From: a virus
Taxonomy: Duplodnaviria > Caudoviricetes
Virus record (IMG/VR): IMGVR_UViG_3300038530_000302
Location: 1-24,999 of that record
DNA length: 24,999 bases
Direction: 5' to 3' (one strand)
The first letter of the stretch is position 1; each line of letters opens with the position of its first letter. The notes beneath the pieces were generated by a model, which was not told the DNA's origin, did no database searches, and was given only the letters and a program-made list of their open reading frames with translations. The position numbers and the translations under genes are program-made. Of this stretch, positions 8,668 through 16,600 are shown one piece after another.

Positions 8668-8834
8668 AAAAATTATTTACAGTGTGTTTATTGTTAGTTT
8701 CAGGATGCAGCATAACAGGAGATGGGAGCAAGTGGAGATACATGGGGCCTGAGCATGTTAGATGCCTACCGAATGAGTTAAAAGTATGTGAACGTATCGG
8801 TGCGCTTACCATTTGCGAATGTGCAATGGCATGA
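8664..8834 (+). CDS. Small Cys-rich lipoprotein (56 aa)
   Basis: ATG 8664 (ATGA overlap, GGAG/GAGG SD). Signal peptide MKKLFTVCLLLVSG-C with lipobox, plus four further Cys in the mature part. Confidence 0.7.
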   Translation: MKKLFTVCLLLVSGCSITGDGSKWRYMGPEHVRCLPNELKVCERIGALTICECAMA

Positions 8835-9091
8835 CAGAAAAGCATCCAGTATACAGAGCGCAGTTCTACATACAGGAACTAAAAAAGTATGCTACTTGGC
8901 CTGAATATCTAACATATTACAAAGAGCAAGATGACAAAATAATGCAGTTTAGTCACTACTGTATGCAGATGTGGTCTAGTTACATGAACGATAAGATCAA
9001 GCAACAAGAAGCACCACTTAGTTATAAACAGTACATAAACAAGTATAAAGATTTATTAGAGGAGGGTTACAATGTCAGACCCAAAAATTAA
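8831..9091 (+). CDS. Hypothetical phage protein (Tyr-rich)
   Basis: ATGA overlap at 8831-8834 suggests the start MTEKHPVYRAQF. Coupled to both neighbours. Confidence 0.7.
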   Translation: MTEKHPVYRAQFYIQELKKYATWPEYLTYYKEQDDKIMQFSHYCMQMWSSYMNDKIKQQEAPLSYKQYINKYKDLLEEGYNVRPKN

Positions 9092-9275
9092 TGCTATGAA
9101 ACGTCTGTATAATGCTGAAATAGATGTATACAAAGCAGAAGTGCAAAACTATTTAGATAATCCTGTAGCTGTAGGTGAGCATGGTAACTTAATTGAAACT
9201 ATGGATAAACTAGTTGCCAAAATAGCTGAAGCAGAAGACAAGCTAATTGTATTGGAGACACACTTTAATGAGTAA
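9072..9275 (+). CDS. Small helical-hairpin hypothetical protein of a type common in marine phages
   Basis: Strong GAGGAGG SD. YLDNPVAVGEH turn motif between two coiled-coil helices. Confidence 0.8.
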   Translation: MSDPKINAMKRLYNAEIDVYKAEVQNYLDNPVAVGEHGNLIETMDKLVAKIAEAEDKLIVLETHFNE

Positions 9276-9483
9276 TGTAGTTAATCTAGTACCTAAAAAT
9301 GCAACAGCTAATGAAGTATTAGAAGATTGTAAAGATAATTTTAAACAAGTTCTTATTTTAGGATGGGATGAAAATGAACTAATGAGTGCAAAATCTACTT
9401 CTTCACTTGATATTAAAGAAATTATATACATGATAGAAGTATTTAAATCTGTACTTATAACATCGGGGCATGATATAGGATGA
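9268..9483 (+). CDS. Hypothetical phage protein
   Basis: ATG 9268 with GGAG SD, giving MSNVVNLVPK...VLILGWDENE. ATGA overlap with the next gene. Confidence 0.75.
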   Translation: MSNVVNLVPKNATANEVLEDCKDNFKQVLILGWDENELMSAKSTSSLDIKEIIYMIEVFKSVLITSGHDIG

Positions 9484-9785
9484 GTGACGAACTAATAAAT
9501 TTAATTAGCCACTGGGCTATGAAGCGAGGTATAGTAAATAATAGCACACCTCTTGCACAGTTTGCTAAACTTGTGTCTGAGATGGGAGAGTTAGGAGATA
9601 ATATAGCTAAGCAGCGTGATGTGACTGATGACATTGGTGACTGCTTGGTAGTGTTAAATACCTTAGCCATAATGAATGACACTACCTTAGAGGAGTGTTT
9701 AAAAGTAGCATATAATGATATTAAAGATCGCAAAGGACACATGAACAGTCATGGTGTCTTTATCAAAGAAGGAGATGTTGCATGA
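9480..9785 (+). CDS. MazG-like nucleotide pyrophosphohydrolase (all-alpha NTP-PPase)
   Basis: WAMKRGI...QFAKLVSEMGEL...DDIGDCLVVL...LEECLKVAYNDIKDRKG...GVFIKE. Confidence 0.88.
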   Translation: MSDELINLISHWAMKRGIVNNSTPLAQFAKLVSEMGELGDNIAKQRDVTDDIGDCLVVLNTLAIMNDTTLEECLKVAYNDIKDRKGHMNSHGVFIKEGDVA

Positions 9786-10753
9786 GTCTACTAGATACTA
9801 GAGATTACTACAAACCGTTTGACCATCCTTGGATGTTTGACTACTACTCACAACAGAATCAGATGCACTGGTTTCCAGAGGATGTACCTTTACACAATGA
9901 TGTTAAAGATTGGCAGACAATGACTGATGAAGAAAAGAACTTGCTGACTCAGATTTTCCGCCTGTTTACACAGTCTGATGTAGACGTTAGCTCTGGATAT
10001 GTAGACAGATACATGAAGCTGTTTAAGAAGCCTGAAGCACGTATGATGATGGGTGCATTTAATAATATGGAGTCTATACATCAACATGCCTACAGCCTAT
10101 TGTTAGACACCGTAGGAATGCCAGAGTTGGAGTATAAAGCGTTTGCAGAGTACGAGGCTATGGCTGATAAGCATGACTATATCAACGCTGTAAAGGTCTC
10201 TAAAGGCGATAAGAAGAGCATTGCTAAAGCATTAGCTATCTACTCAGGTTTTACTGAAGGGCTACAGTTGTTTTCTAGCTTTATTATCCTGCTTAACTTC
10301 CCACGCTTTGGTAAAATGAAGGGTATGGGACAGATTATTACCTATAGCATACGTGACGAATCTATGCACGTAGAAGCAATGACAAAGTTGTTTAGAGAAT
10401 TTATGCAAGAGAATATTGATTTATGGACTGATGACTTCAAAAAAGAAATATATCAAGCATGTCGTGAGATGGTTGACCTAGAAGATAGATTTTTAGACTT
10501 AGTATTTGAACAAGGAGATATACCGGGACTCACTAAGAAAGAAATGCAACAGTATATACGGTATATTGCTGATCGTAGGCTTTTACAATTAGGGTTGAAA
10601 ACTAACTATAATGTCAAAGATAACCCATTAAACTGGCTTGACGATGTGTTAGGTGTAGAGCATCAAAACTTCTTTGAAGGTAGAGCTACTACTTACATGA
10701 AAGCAGGACTACGTGGTAATGTTGACAAAGTAAGTTTTGGAAAGGTTGCCTGA
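9782..10753 (+). CDS. nrdB: Ribonucleoside-diphosphate reductase class Ia, beta subunit
   Basis: Di-metal ligands FTQSD, MESIH, TEGLQLF and RDESMH. Radical Tyr in HQHAY; C-terminal NFFEGRATTY. Confidence 0.96.
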   Translation: MSLLDTRDYYKPFDHPWMFDYYSQQNQMHWFPEDVPLHNDVKDWQTMTDEEKNLLTQIFRLFTQSDVDVSSGYVDRYMKLFKKPEARMMMGAFNNMESIHQHAYSLLLDTVGMPELEYKAFAEYEAMADKHDYINAVKVSKGDKKSIAKALAIYSGFTEGLQLFSSFIILLNFPRFGKMKGMGQIITYSIRDESMHVEAMTKLFREFMQENIDLWTDDFKKEIYQACREMVDLEDRFLDLVFEQGDIPGLTKKEMQQYIRYIADRRLLQLGLKTNYNVKDNPLNWLDDVLGVEHQNFFEGRATTYMKAGLRGNVDKVSFGKVA

Positions 10754-10962
10754 TGCAAGAAGGTAATATAATAAGCTTTAAAGTTTTTGTAAACCGTAAA
10801 GGTCAGGTAATGAGTGAATATAGTAAACTGCCAGTTGAAAAGCTGGCTACTATATTTGATACGAATGATATACCTTTAATGAAGAAAATAGTAAATGAAG
10901 TTCATTCAAAAGTTGGTTCATTACATGAACATTTAGAAAAAGAACTAGAAGCTTTAAACTAA
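10753..10962 (+). CDS. Hypothetical protein, last gene of the + arm
   Basis: TGATG overlap with the nrdB stop; 69 aa. Confidence 0.7.
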   Translation: MQEGNIISFKVFVNRKGQVMSEYSKLPVEKLATIFDTNDIPLMKKIVNEVHSKVGSLHEHLEKELEALN

Positions 10963-11163
10963 CAAATTAAGAACTTGAGAGGATGAACTAACATTCTTAA
11001 CACTTAATGTCCCATGATCATATTGATAATACACAGTTCTAAATACTGTAGTATCAATTCGTTTAGTACCGCCAGCAGGATCAGTAACAATATTATACTT
11101 CGTTTGAGTATCAACATAACTGTTTAATAAAGTATTTGATATAGCGGAAATAGGGCCTACCAT
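10954..11163 (-). CDS. Hypothetical protein, last gene of the - arm
   Basis: Start overlaps the stop of the upstream - strand gene. It fills the space up to the convergence point. SD is weak. Confidence 0.6.
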   Translation of the reverse strand: MVGPISAISNTLLNSYVDTQTKYNIVTDPAGGTKRIDTTVFRTVYYQYDHGTLSVKNVSSSSQVLNLLV

Positions 11164-11471
11164 TTTACTTTATGAGACCAATAACGTGCTGAAAGTTTAG
11201 ATGGATTAGCATCCTGTGCGTTATGCCTAGCGTAATAAGACCTTTTTCTAGCTTTATCTTTAGCAGTTTTAGGATTTTTACCAGCACCTCTAACACCTTG
11301 TTGACCAAACCTGATAGTTTTAATTTTATCACCCTGTTTTGCTACAACAACATGAGACTTTGTTGGGTGTTTGGGAGTTCTCTTCGGCTTGTTGTATCCG
11401 CTTACACCTGCACGCGCAAGTCGTGGATCTTTTTTTTTACCTTTGCCGCCTTTTTTATATTCTTCTCTCAT
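11157..11471 (-). CDS. Highly basic small protein (DUF5754-like motif)
   Basis: About 30% K+R. KTIRFGQQG...KARKRSYYARH...SARYWSHKVKW resembles from memory a family shared by phages and giant viruses. ATGA overlap with the upstream gene. Confidence 0.75.
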   Translation of the reverse strand: MREEYKKGGKGKKKDPRLARAGVSGYNKPKRTPKHPTKSHVVVAKQGDKIKTIRFGQQGVRGAGKNPKTAKDKARKRSYYARHNAQDANPSKLSARYWSHKVKW

Positions 11472-11716
11472 GACTTTTTCCTATATTGTCTGGTTTTCTT
11501 AGCAATTTTCTTAGGTTGTTTACTGTGTTGTTTACCTTTTGCTGTGTCTTCACGCTTCTTTTTAGTCGTAGCAGCATATTCTGAAGCTGACAAAGATTTA
11601 ATAGCCCTTTCAGGCAGGTAACGCTCTCCAGTTTCACTAGACTTCTTACCTGACTTGGTACGCCACTTCTGCTTTGTCCAAGCCTTCAAAGATCTTTGAG
11701 ATTTTTTAAGTGCCAT
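11468..11716 (-). CDS. Highly basic small protein (DUF5872-like C-terminal part)
   Basis: About 34% K+R. SQRSLKAWTKQKWRTKSG...ERYLPERAIKSLS...KKKREDTAKGKQHSKQP. Confidence 0.78.
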   Translation of the reverse strand: MALKKSQRSLKAWTKQKWRTKSGKKSSETGERYLPERAIKSLSASEYAATTKKKREDTAKGKQHSKQPKKIAKKTRQYRKKS

Positions 11717-11805
11717 TATTGATTATGCCTTTTATCTTGTTGTTGCTTACGCCATTCCTCAAGTTCTTCTTCCTTTGGTCTTTCTTGTTGTGTTTGTTTT
11801 GCCAT
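11716..11805 (-). CDS. 29-aa Q/E-rich micropeptide, not in ORF track
   Basis: GAGGAGG SD just upstream of ATG 11805; translates as MAKQTQQERPKEEELEEWRKQQQDKRHNQ*. Its TAA overlaps the ATG of the next gene (TAATG at 11716). Confidence 0.6.
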   Translation of the reverse strand: MAKQTQQERPKEEELEEWRKQQQDKRHNQ

Positions 11806-12073
11806 GCTTCCTCCTCAAAGACTCCTTTGCTTTTTTAGCAATATCAGCCTGTTTAGATTTACCAGCAACTTTAGCTCTCTGCTCCATGACAGTCAGTATT
11901 TGTATCTTACGTGCGTATGGTTTGCTTATACCTTTTACTTTACGCGCAGTGTCCCTAGCGTCCTGTACAGTAGCGTACTTAATACGCACAGTATCTTTAG
12001 GGTTTTCATCAGTGTATAGTCTACGCCCTGAACCCTTGGGTTTCTTTCCTGTACCTTTCTTAGGATCAGCCAT
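11759..12073 (-). CDS. Highly basic small protein (LYTDENPKDT motif)
   Basis: GTGKKPKGSGRRLYTDENPKDTVRIKYAT...KIQILTVMEQRAKV. TAATG coupling at 12073. Confidence 0.78.
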   Translation of the reverse strand: MADPKKGTGKKPKGSGRRLYTDENPKDTVRIKYATVQDARDTARKVKGISKPYARKIQILTVMEQRAKVAGKSKQADIAKKAKESLRRKHGKTNTTRKTKGRRT

Positions 12074-12264
12074 TACTTGTAACCACCACCCGCATCTTTA
12101 TAAGCCTTCGCTAACATCTGGGCTTTACGTGCTGACCACTGTCCCGGCTTTCCACCTTTTGACCCTGCCTTAATACGATTGAAAAGCCTCTTACGCATAG
12201 TAGGCTTAGTATAATTACCTGCCTCATTTACTCTAGATTTACTTTTCTTTTTCTTTGCTGGCAT
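12073..12264 (-). CDS. Highly basic small protein (63 aa, GGKPGQWSARKAQ motif)
   Basis: Start moved to ATG 12264 (GGAGG SD). NYTKPTMRKRLFNRIKAGSKGGKPGQWSARKAQMLAKAYKDAGGGYK. Confidence 0.8.
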   Translation of the reverse strand: MPAKKKKSKSRVNEAGNYTKPTMRKRLFNRIKAGSKGGKPGQWSARKAQMLAKAYKDAGGGYK

Positions 12265-12265
12265 A

Positions 12266-12733
12266 TTATCCTCCAAAAGTTTTAACAATAAATACAAGTA
12301 CCCCGATTGCTATCATACCACCTAGTACCAGTACAAGTCCACCTACTGCCAGTTGGTGCATCAATTCCCTTCTCTCTTTTTGTCTTTTAGCTATTAAACG
12401 CAGATGTTCTTTTCTGGCTCTTTCCTGATCTGCCTTGGCTTGCTTAAACGCCTCCAAAGTCTCTGGATCTGCCACCAATAATATATCGTGTACATCTTTC
12501 CAGTATCTTTCATAGCTTTTCTTTATCTGGGTGAGCCTCAAGATTTCGCTCTGACTTAGAGGCTTGAAGGTGCTAGACTTCCGCTCTACTTCAAAATTTG
12601 TTAGAGCTTCTCCAAAATCGCTGATAGTACCCATAAGCTGCTGGATACCCTGCCCAGATTCATTAGCTTGTTTTATCAAAGTATTCAGACTCGACAAGAT
12701 GGCAGAGGCGGCTGCAACTGATTCTATAATCAT
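12266..12733 (-). CDS. Hypothetical protein with coiled coil and C-terminal TM anchor
   Basis: Charged helix QERARKEHLRLIAKRQKERRE followed by hydrophobic LAVGGLVLVLGGMIAIGVLVFIV. ATGA overlap with the holin. Confidence 0.78.
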   Translation of the reverse strand: MIIESVAAASAILSSLNTLIKQANESGQGIQQLMGTISDFGEALTNFEVERKSSTFKPLSQSEILRLTQIKKSYERYWKDVHDILLVADPETLEAFKQAKADQERARKEHLRLIAKRQKERRELMHQLAVGGLVLVLGGMIAIGVLVFIVKTFGG

Positions 12734-13119
12734 TTTCTAGTCTTTTCGTAGCTCCTCATTGCACCTAGACCCAACATGCCCATAAGAACAGGCATCATTG
12801 TCTCTAGCGGTACTAGAGGAATGACAATAGTTATTTCAAGCAGTGCCAGTACGAAGTTTGCAAATGGTATTGTAATAAAGTTTCCAAACATCCCCAGCCC
12901 ACATGTCCAGCCAATAAAGGGTCTCCACCCGGATACAAACAAATTAGAGTTACTTGCTTCTACTTTGTTGACCTCTATCTGTGCCTTCATAAGATCTTGA
13001 TGATGTTCTTCTGACATCGTTGCAATCTTATGAGCCAGCATAGCCTTCTGATCTTTGTCTTCAATAAATTTATCTAATAAACCAGTTACAGGGCCTACTA
13101 GTGTTGCTACTAAACTCAT
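12730..13119 (-). CDS. Holin of 3TM type (GTA holin / DUF3154-like)
   Basis: GLLDKFIEDKDQK, QIEVNKVEA, FVSGWRPFIGWTCG and MMPVLMGMLGLGAMRSYEK. Near the endolysin. Confidence 0.85.
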   Translation of the reverse strand: MSLVATLVGPVTGLLDKFIEDKDQKAMLAHKIATMSEEHHQDLMKAQIEVNKVEASNSNLFVSGWRPFIGWTCGLGMFGNFITIPFANFVLALLEITIVIPLVPLETMMPVLMGMLGLGAMRSYEKTRK

Positions 13120-13283
13120 TATAGTTCTGCCTCTATATCTATCTGATCTAAAATAGTTTGTTGTTGTTCTTCAAACAAAAGACGAAAATCTTCTATTTTC
13201 ATAAAGCCTAAGTCTTGTCTAGCTTGATGAAGTCGATATATTCGATATAATTTAGTTAACATTTCTTCACTATATAATATCAT
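13119..13283 (-). CDS. 54-aa hypothetical protein between endolysin and holin, not in ORF track
   Basis: MILYSEEMLTKLYRIYRLHQARQDLGFMKIEDFRLLFEEQQQTILDQIDIEAEL*. TAATG overlaps at both ends (13283 and 13119). Confidence 0.8.
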   Translation of the reverse strand: MILYSEEMLTKLYRIYRLHQARQDLGFMKIEDFRLLFEEQQQTILDQIDIEAEL

Positions 13284-13651
13284 TAGTAGCTCCATACATG
13301 TGGTCTTGGACGAAAGTTCTGACTTTCAAGATTGTCAAGATGGACAAATCTTGTAGGGCCTTTCTGACTTACACCAATACCAGTAAAACCTGCCTCTAGA
13401 GCGCCCTGTATTAGCTTGTAAGCCTCTTCACCTGATACCCCTATATCTATGGCCCTGCCTGATGCATGTGCTCCCGGAAAGGCTTTACGGGCTTCTATGG
13501 GGTGATTCTTACAACGGTACGCAGAGTTAACAGGGAAGCTAAAACCCATCTTTTCACGTAAAGTATCTACTTTCTGCATAAACTCATCATCCATACCAGT
13601 TTTATTGCAGTGTCTACATACTAATTCTTTTTCTGTAAAATATTTATACAT
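13283..13651 (-). CDS. Peptidase M15 family Zn peptidase, probable endolysin
   Basis: YFTEKELVCRHC, VNSAYRCKNH, GAHASGRAIDI (H-x6-D) and FVHLD. Confidence 0.88.
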   Translation of the reverse strand: MYKYFTEKELVCRHCNKTGMDDEFMQKVDTLREKMGFSFPVNSAYRCKNHPIEARKAFPGAHASGRAIDIGVSGEEAYKLIQGALEAGFTGIGVSQKGPTRFVHLDNLESQNFRPRPHVWSY

Positions 13652-16600
13652 TATCTATTTCTCGGATCTTGGGCTTTTTCTATTAAGTTTATTATTCTTT
13701 TTTGTTGTACAGGATCAGCTTCTTTAAATGCTGGAAGATTTGTAATTGATTCAGATACTTCAGTTTTTCTACGAAGCATAGGTAGCTCTTGTGTTATTGC
13801 TGGTGTAGCATCCTTACCTGTTTTAAATTTAGCTTTAGTAGCTCTACGAACTTTCTTTTTTTTCCGCTTTGTAATATCTCGTTTAGTTTTTACAAACTCA
13901 ATTCTATTTTTTAGATCAGGTGGAGCCAATGGATTTTTTAATACAAATTCATAAGGAGCATTTTCATTATCTCTTGTAACTAAAAAATCACCATCTGATG
14001 TAGACATAACAGTTACAGGTTTACCATCTTGTGTAGCAGGAAAAACTCTATCTGTTTTAGGATTATAAGATTCTAATTCAGGATCTTCTTTTAAACCTAC
14101 AATACCTAACTCTGGATCATCTGCAGTAGGCTTACCTACTTTAGCTCTTCGCATTTCATCTGCTTTTTCAAATTGGAAATACTCAGAAGGTATATAAGGT
14201 TTTTCTTCTGTAACTATAACCTTTTTAATATAATCAGTACTAGCATCTTGAGCTTCTTTAACACTTATTTCTGGAGGTAATATAGATGCAAAAGCTTGAG
14301 CAATAGGATTTCTTATATCATTATTTAAAGGATGATGTAAAAACTCAGCAGGCTTATTAGTTCCTCTTCCTTTAATAAACACGACCATTTCTGAAGCTGT
14401 TAAAGCTTCTCCTAAATCTTCACTAAGATATTTAGAAGCTTGACCTTCAAACATTTCAGTCATAAAATAAAGTTGAGGCTCTAATTGATAAGTAAAATCT
14501 AAATTTTCTTTTTTTGCCTCTCTAGCTTGCACTTGTGCTACTAAAGAATCATAAAAAGTTTTTTGACCTTCATCATTTAAATTAATTTCAGTAGCTAATT
14601 TAACTAATCTTTCTGGTGTAGCTGCTTCAATAGTTAAAACTTTGCTAGGTAAATATTTTATTTCATCATTTTGTGCAGGTAATAAAGAAGTTATTAAATG
14701 ATAAGGCCCTTTAGCAATATCATTTTTAAATTTTTCATCAGATAACCCAATACTAAACTTTGTTTCTTCAAGAAAATCTATCTTATCTTGATCTGAAAAA
14801 TCAGAATTAATTTTATCGTATGTTTTTTTGTCTAGTACAGGAATATTAGAGCTTTCTAAAAACATAGTATCATCTAATAATACCCAGTTTTGTTCCTCTT
14901 GCATCATTTCTTTAGTTATGCGAGGATCAATATCTGTATATTCTTTTGTAGGAATTTCATATTCTACTAAAGGTTCATCAGGAATTTGATCTACTTTTAA
15001 CTGTACGCCTGAAGTAAGACCAGCATCTCCACGAACAGGAGCAAGAGTTTCCCTAGCTCCCGGCATTACTTTATCTATTTCTTCTAACAATGTTGTAGCT
15101 GTCGCACCTATACGCTGTCCCGCAGTTCTTACAGGTGCTTTTCCAGTTTCATCTTTTCCTATTCTTATAGACTCTGTTACTGTAGCTCTATCAGCAAAAT
15201 CTTTTTTATTTAATGGAGTATGTTGAATAGAATCATATCCTGCAGATTTAAACGCTTCTATAATTTCTTTTTCAACTAATATAGGATGTAAAGACATTAC
15301 AGATTCATTTTGTGCAGGTATAAATCCTAGACCTCTTGATATAGCTTCAGGAAGTCTTTCTCTTTCTTTTTTGATTGTTTTTAAATTTTTAGCTAATTCT
15401 GAATCTGTTTTGCTAACTTGATCAATAAAATCTTCTTGATCTAAAAAGTTTGTAAAAGAATTAACTGTAGGTATTTTACCTTTATATATAAAAGGATTTA
15501 AAGTCCGTATTGTTCCTCTAGGACTACCTAAATTTGTAGGATTTGACTCAGCAATAGCTAAACCATTATTACTAATTTTTAAATACACAGGTGTTTTAAC
15601 TTGTGATTCCCTAACGTGAGCATCTATACGATCTTTGCGATTAGCACTACTAAATATTTCTCCTGCTCTTTCATCTAAATAAGTAAAAAAATCTTTACCT
15701 TGTTTTCTAATTGCCTTAGCTATAGGGCCACCACCTACAAACTGTTGTCGGTTATTAAGAATATCCCCAGATTGATCAGAGTAAGATATTCCTGTAGTCC
15801 TATCTATACGTTGACTAGGATTTAAACCAGTTCTAGGAACTTCTTGATCAAGCTTACCCCCTTCAAAAAACCTTGCTTTTTCAAAGTAATCTCTTTGTGT
15901 GTTTAACCAAGCTTGCAAAGATTGTTGTTTTTTAGGCGGCTTTAATCCTATAGCTCTATCTATATCTTTACCAACTTCTTGTATATCTTTTTTTAAGTCT
16001 CTATTATCTTCTAAACTAGGTAAAGATCTATATAAACTATATCCCGGTACATTAGTAGCTAAAAGCTCTCCGGGGCCTTTACGATAGATAAGAGCATCTA
16101 CTGCATCACCTACAATCGGGCCTGTAACAGCTTTTACAGAAGAACCTAAAAAGCCTCCACCAATTTCAGCATTTTCTCTAGCTCTATCTGCAAAGTCTAA
16201 ATAGCCTAAGCCGCCCCAACGCTGCACTGCATCTTTTAAAATATCATCAGTTTCTTGTTCATCGCCTTTGTAATCTTTAAAATTACCACCATTTCTAATC
16301 CAGTTAGTTCCTGCAGCAGCAGCAGTCATCAACAATCCAGTTGATAAAATCTTAGCTCCTCCACGTACAGGATTTCTTGCTGCCTGACCATAAAAGTTTT
16401 TAAGCACTGTATTTGTAAAAGCTGTAGGATACCCTAAGAACTGAAATAAAATTGTTCCTATAGGTGTTTGTTGCACATGAGGACGTATAGAAGAAGCTTT
16501 AGAGGGATCAAGAATTACTTCATTAGTAAAACGTGCAGCACCTCCCATTACTTGCTTTTCATAAAAATCATCCCATTTACGCAAGCCTGTAATGTTATCT

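Noticed and set aside
8331-10087. Minus-strand ORFs 8331-8522, 8609-8845, 9243-9431, 9455-9742 and 9890-10087
   Set aside because: They lie opposite well-coupled + strand genes and have no independent support.
11223-13000. Hydrophobic + strand ORFs (11223-11621, 11775-12173, 11804-12019, 12776-13000) and - strand 11455-11637
   Set aside because: Their F/L richness is the mirror of Lys/Arg codons on the coding strand, so they are not real membrane proteins. The - strand ORF is an alternate frame of the 82-aa gene.
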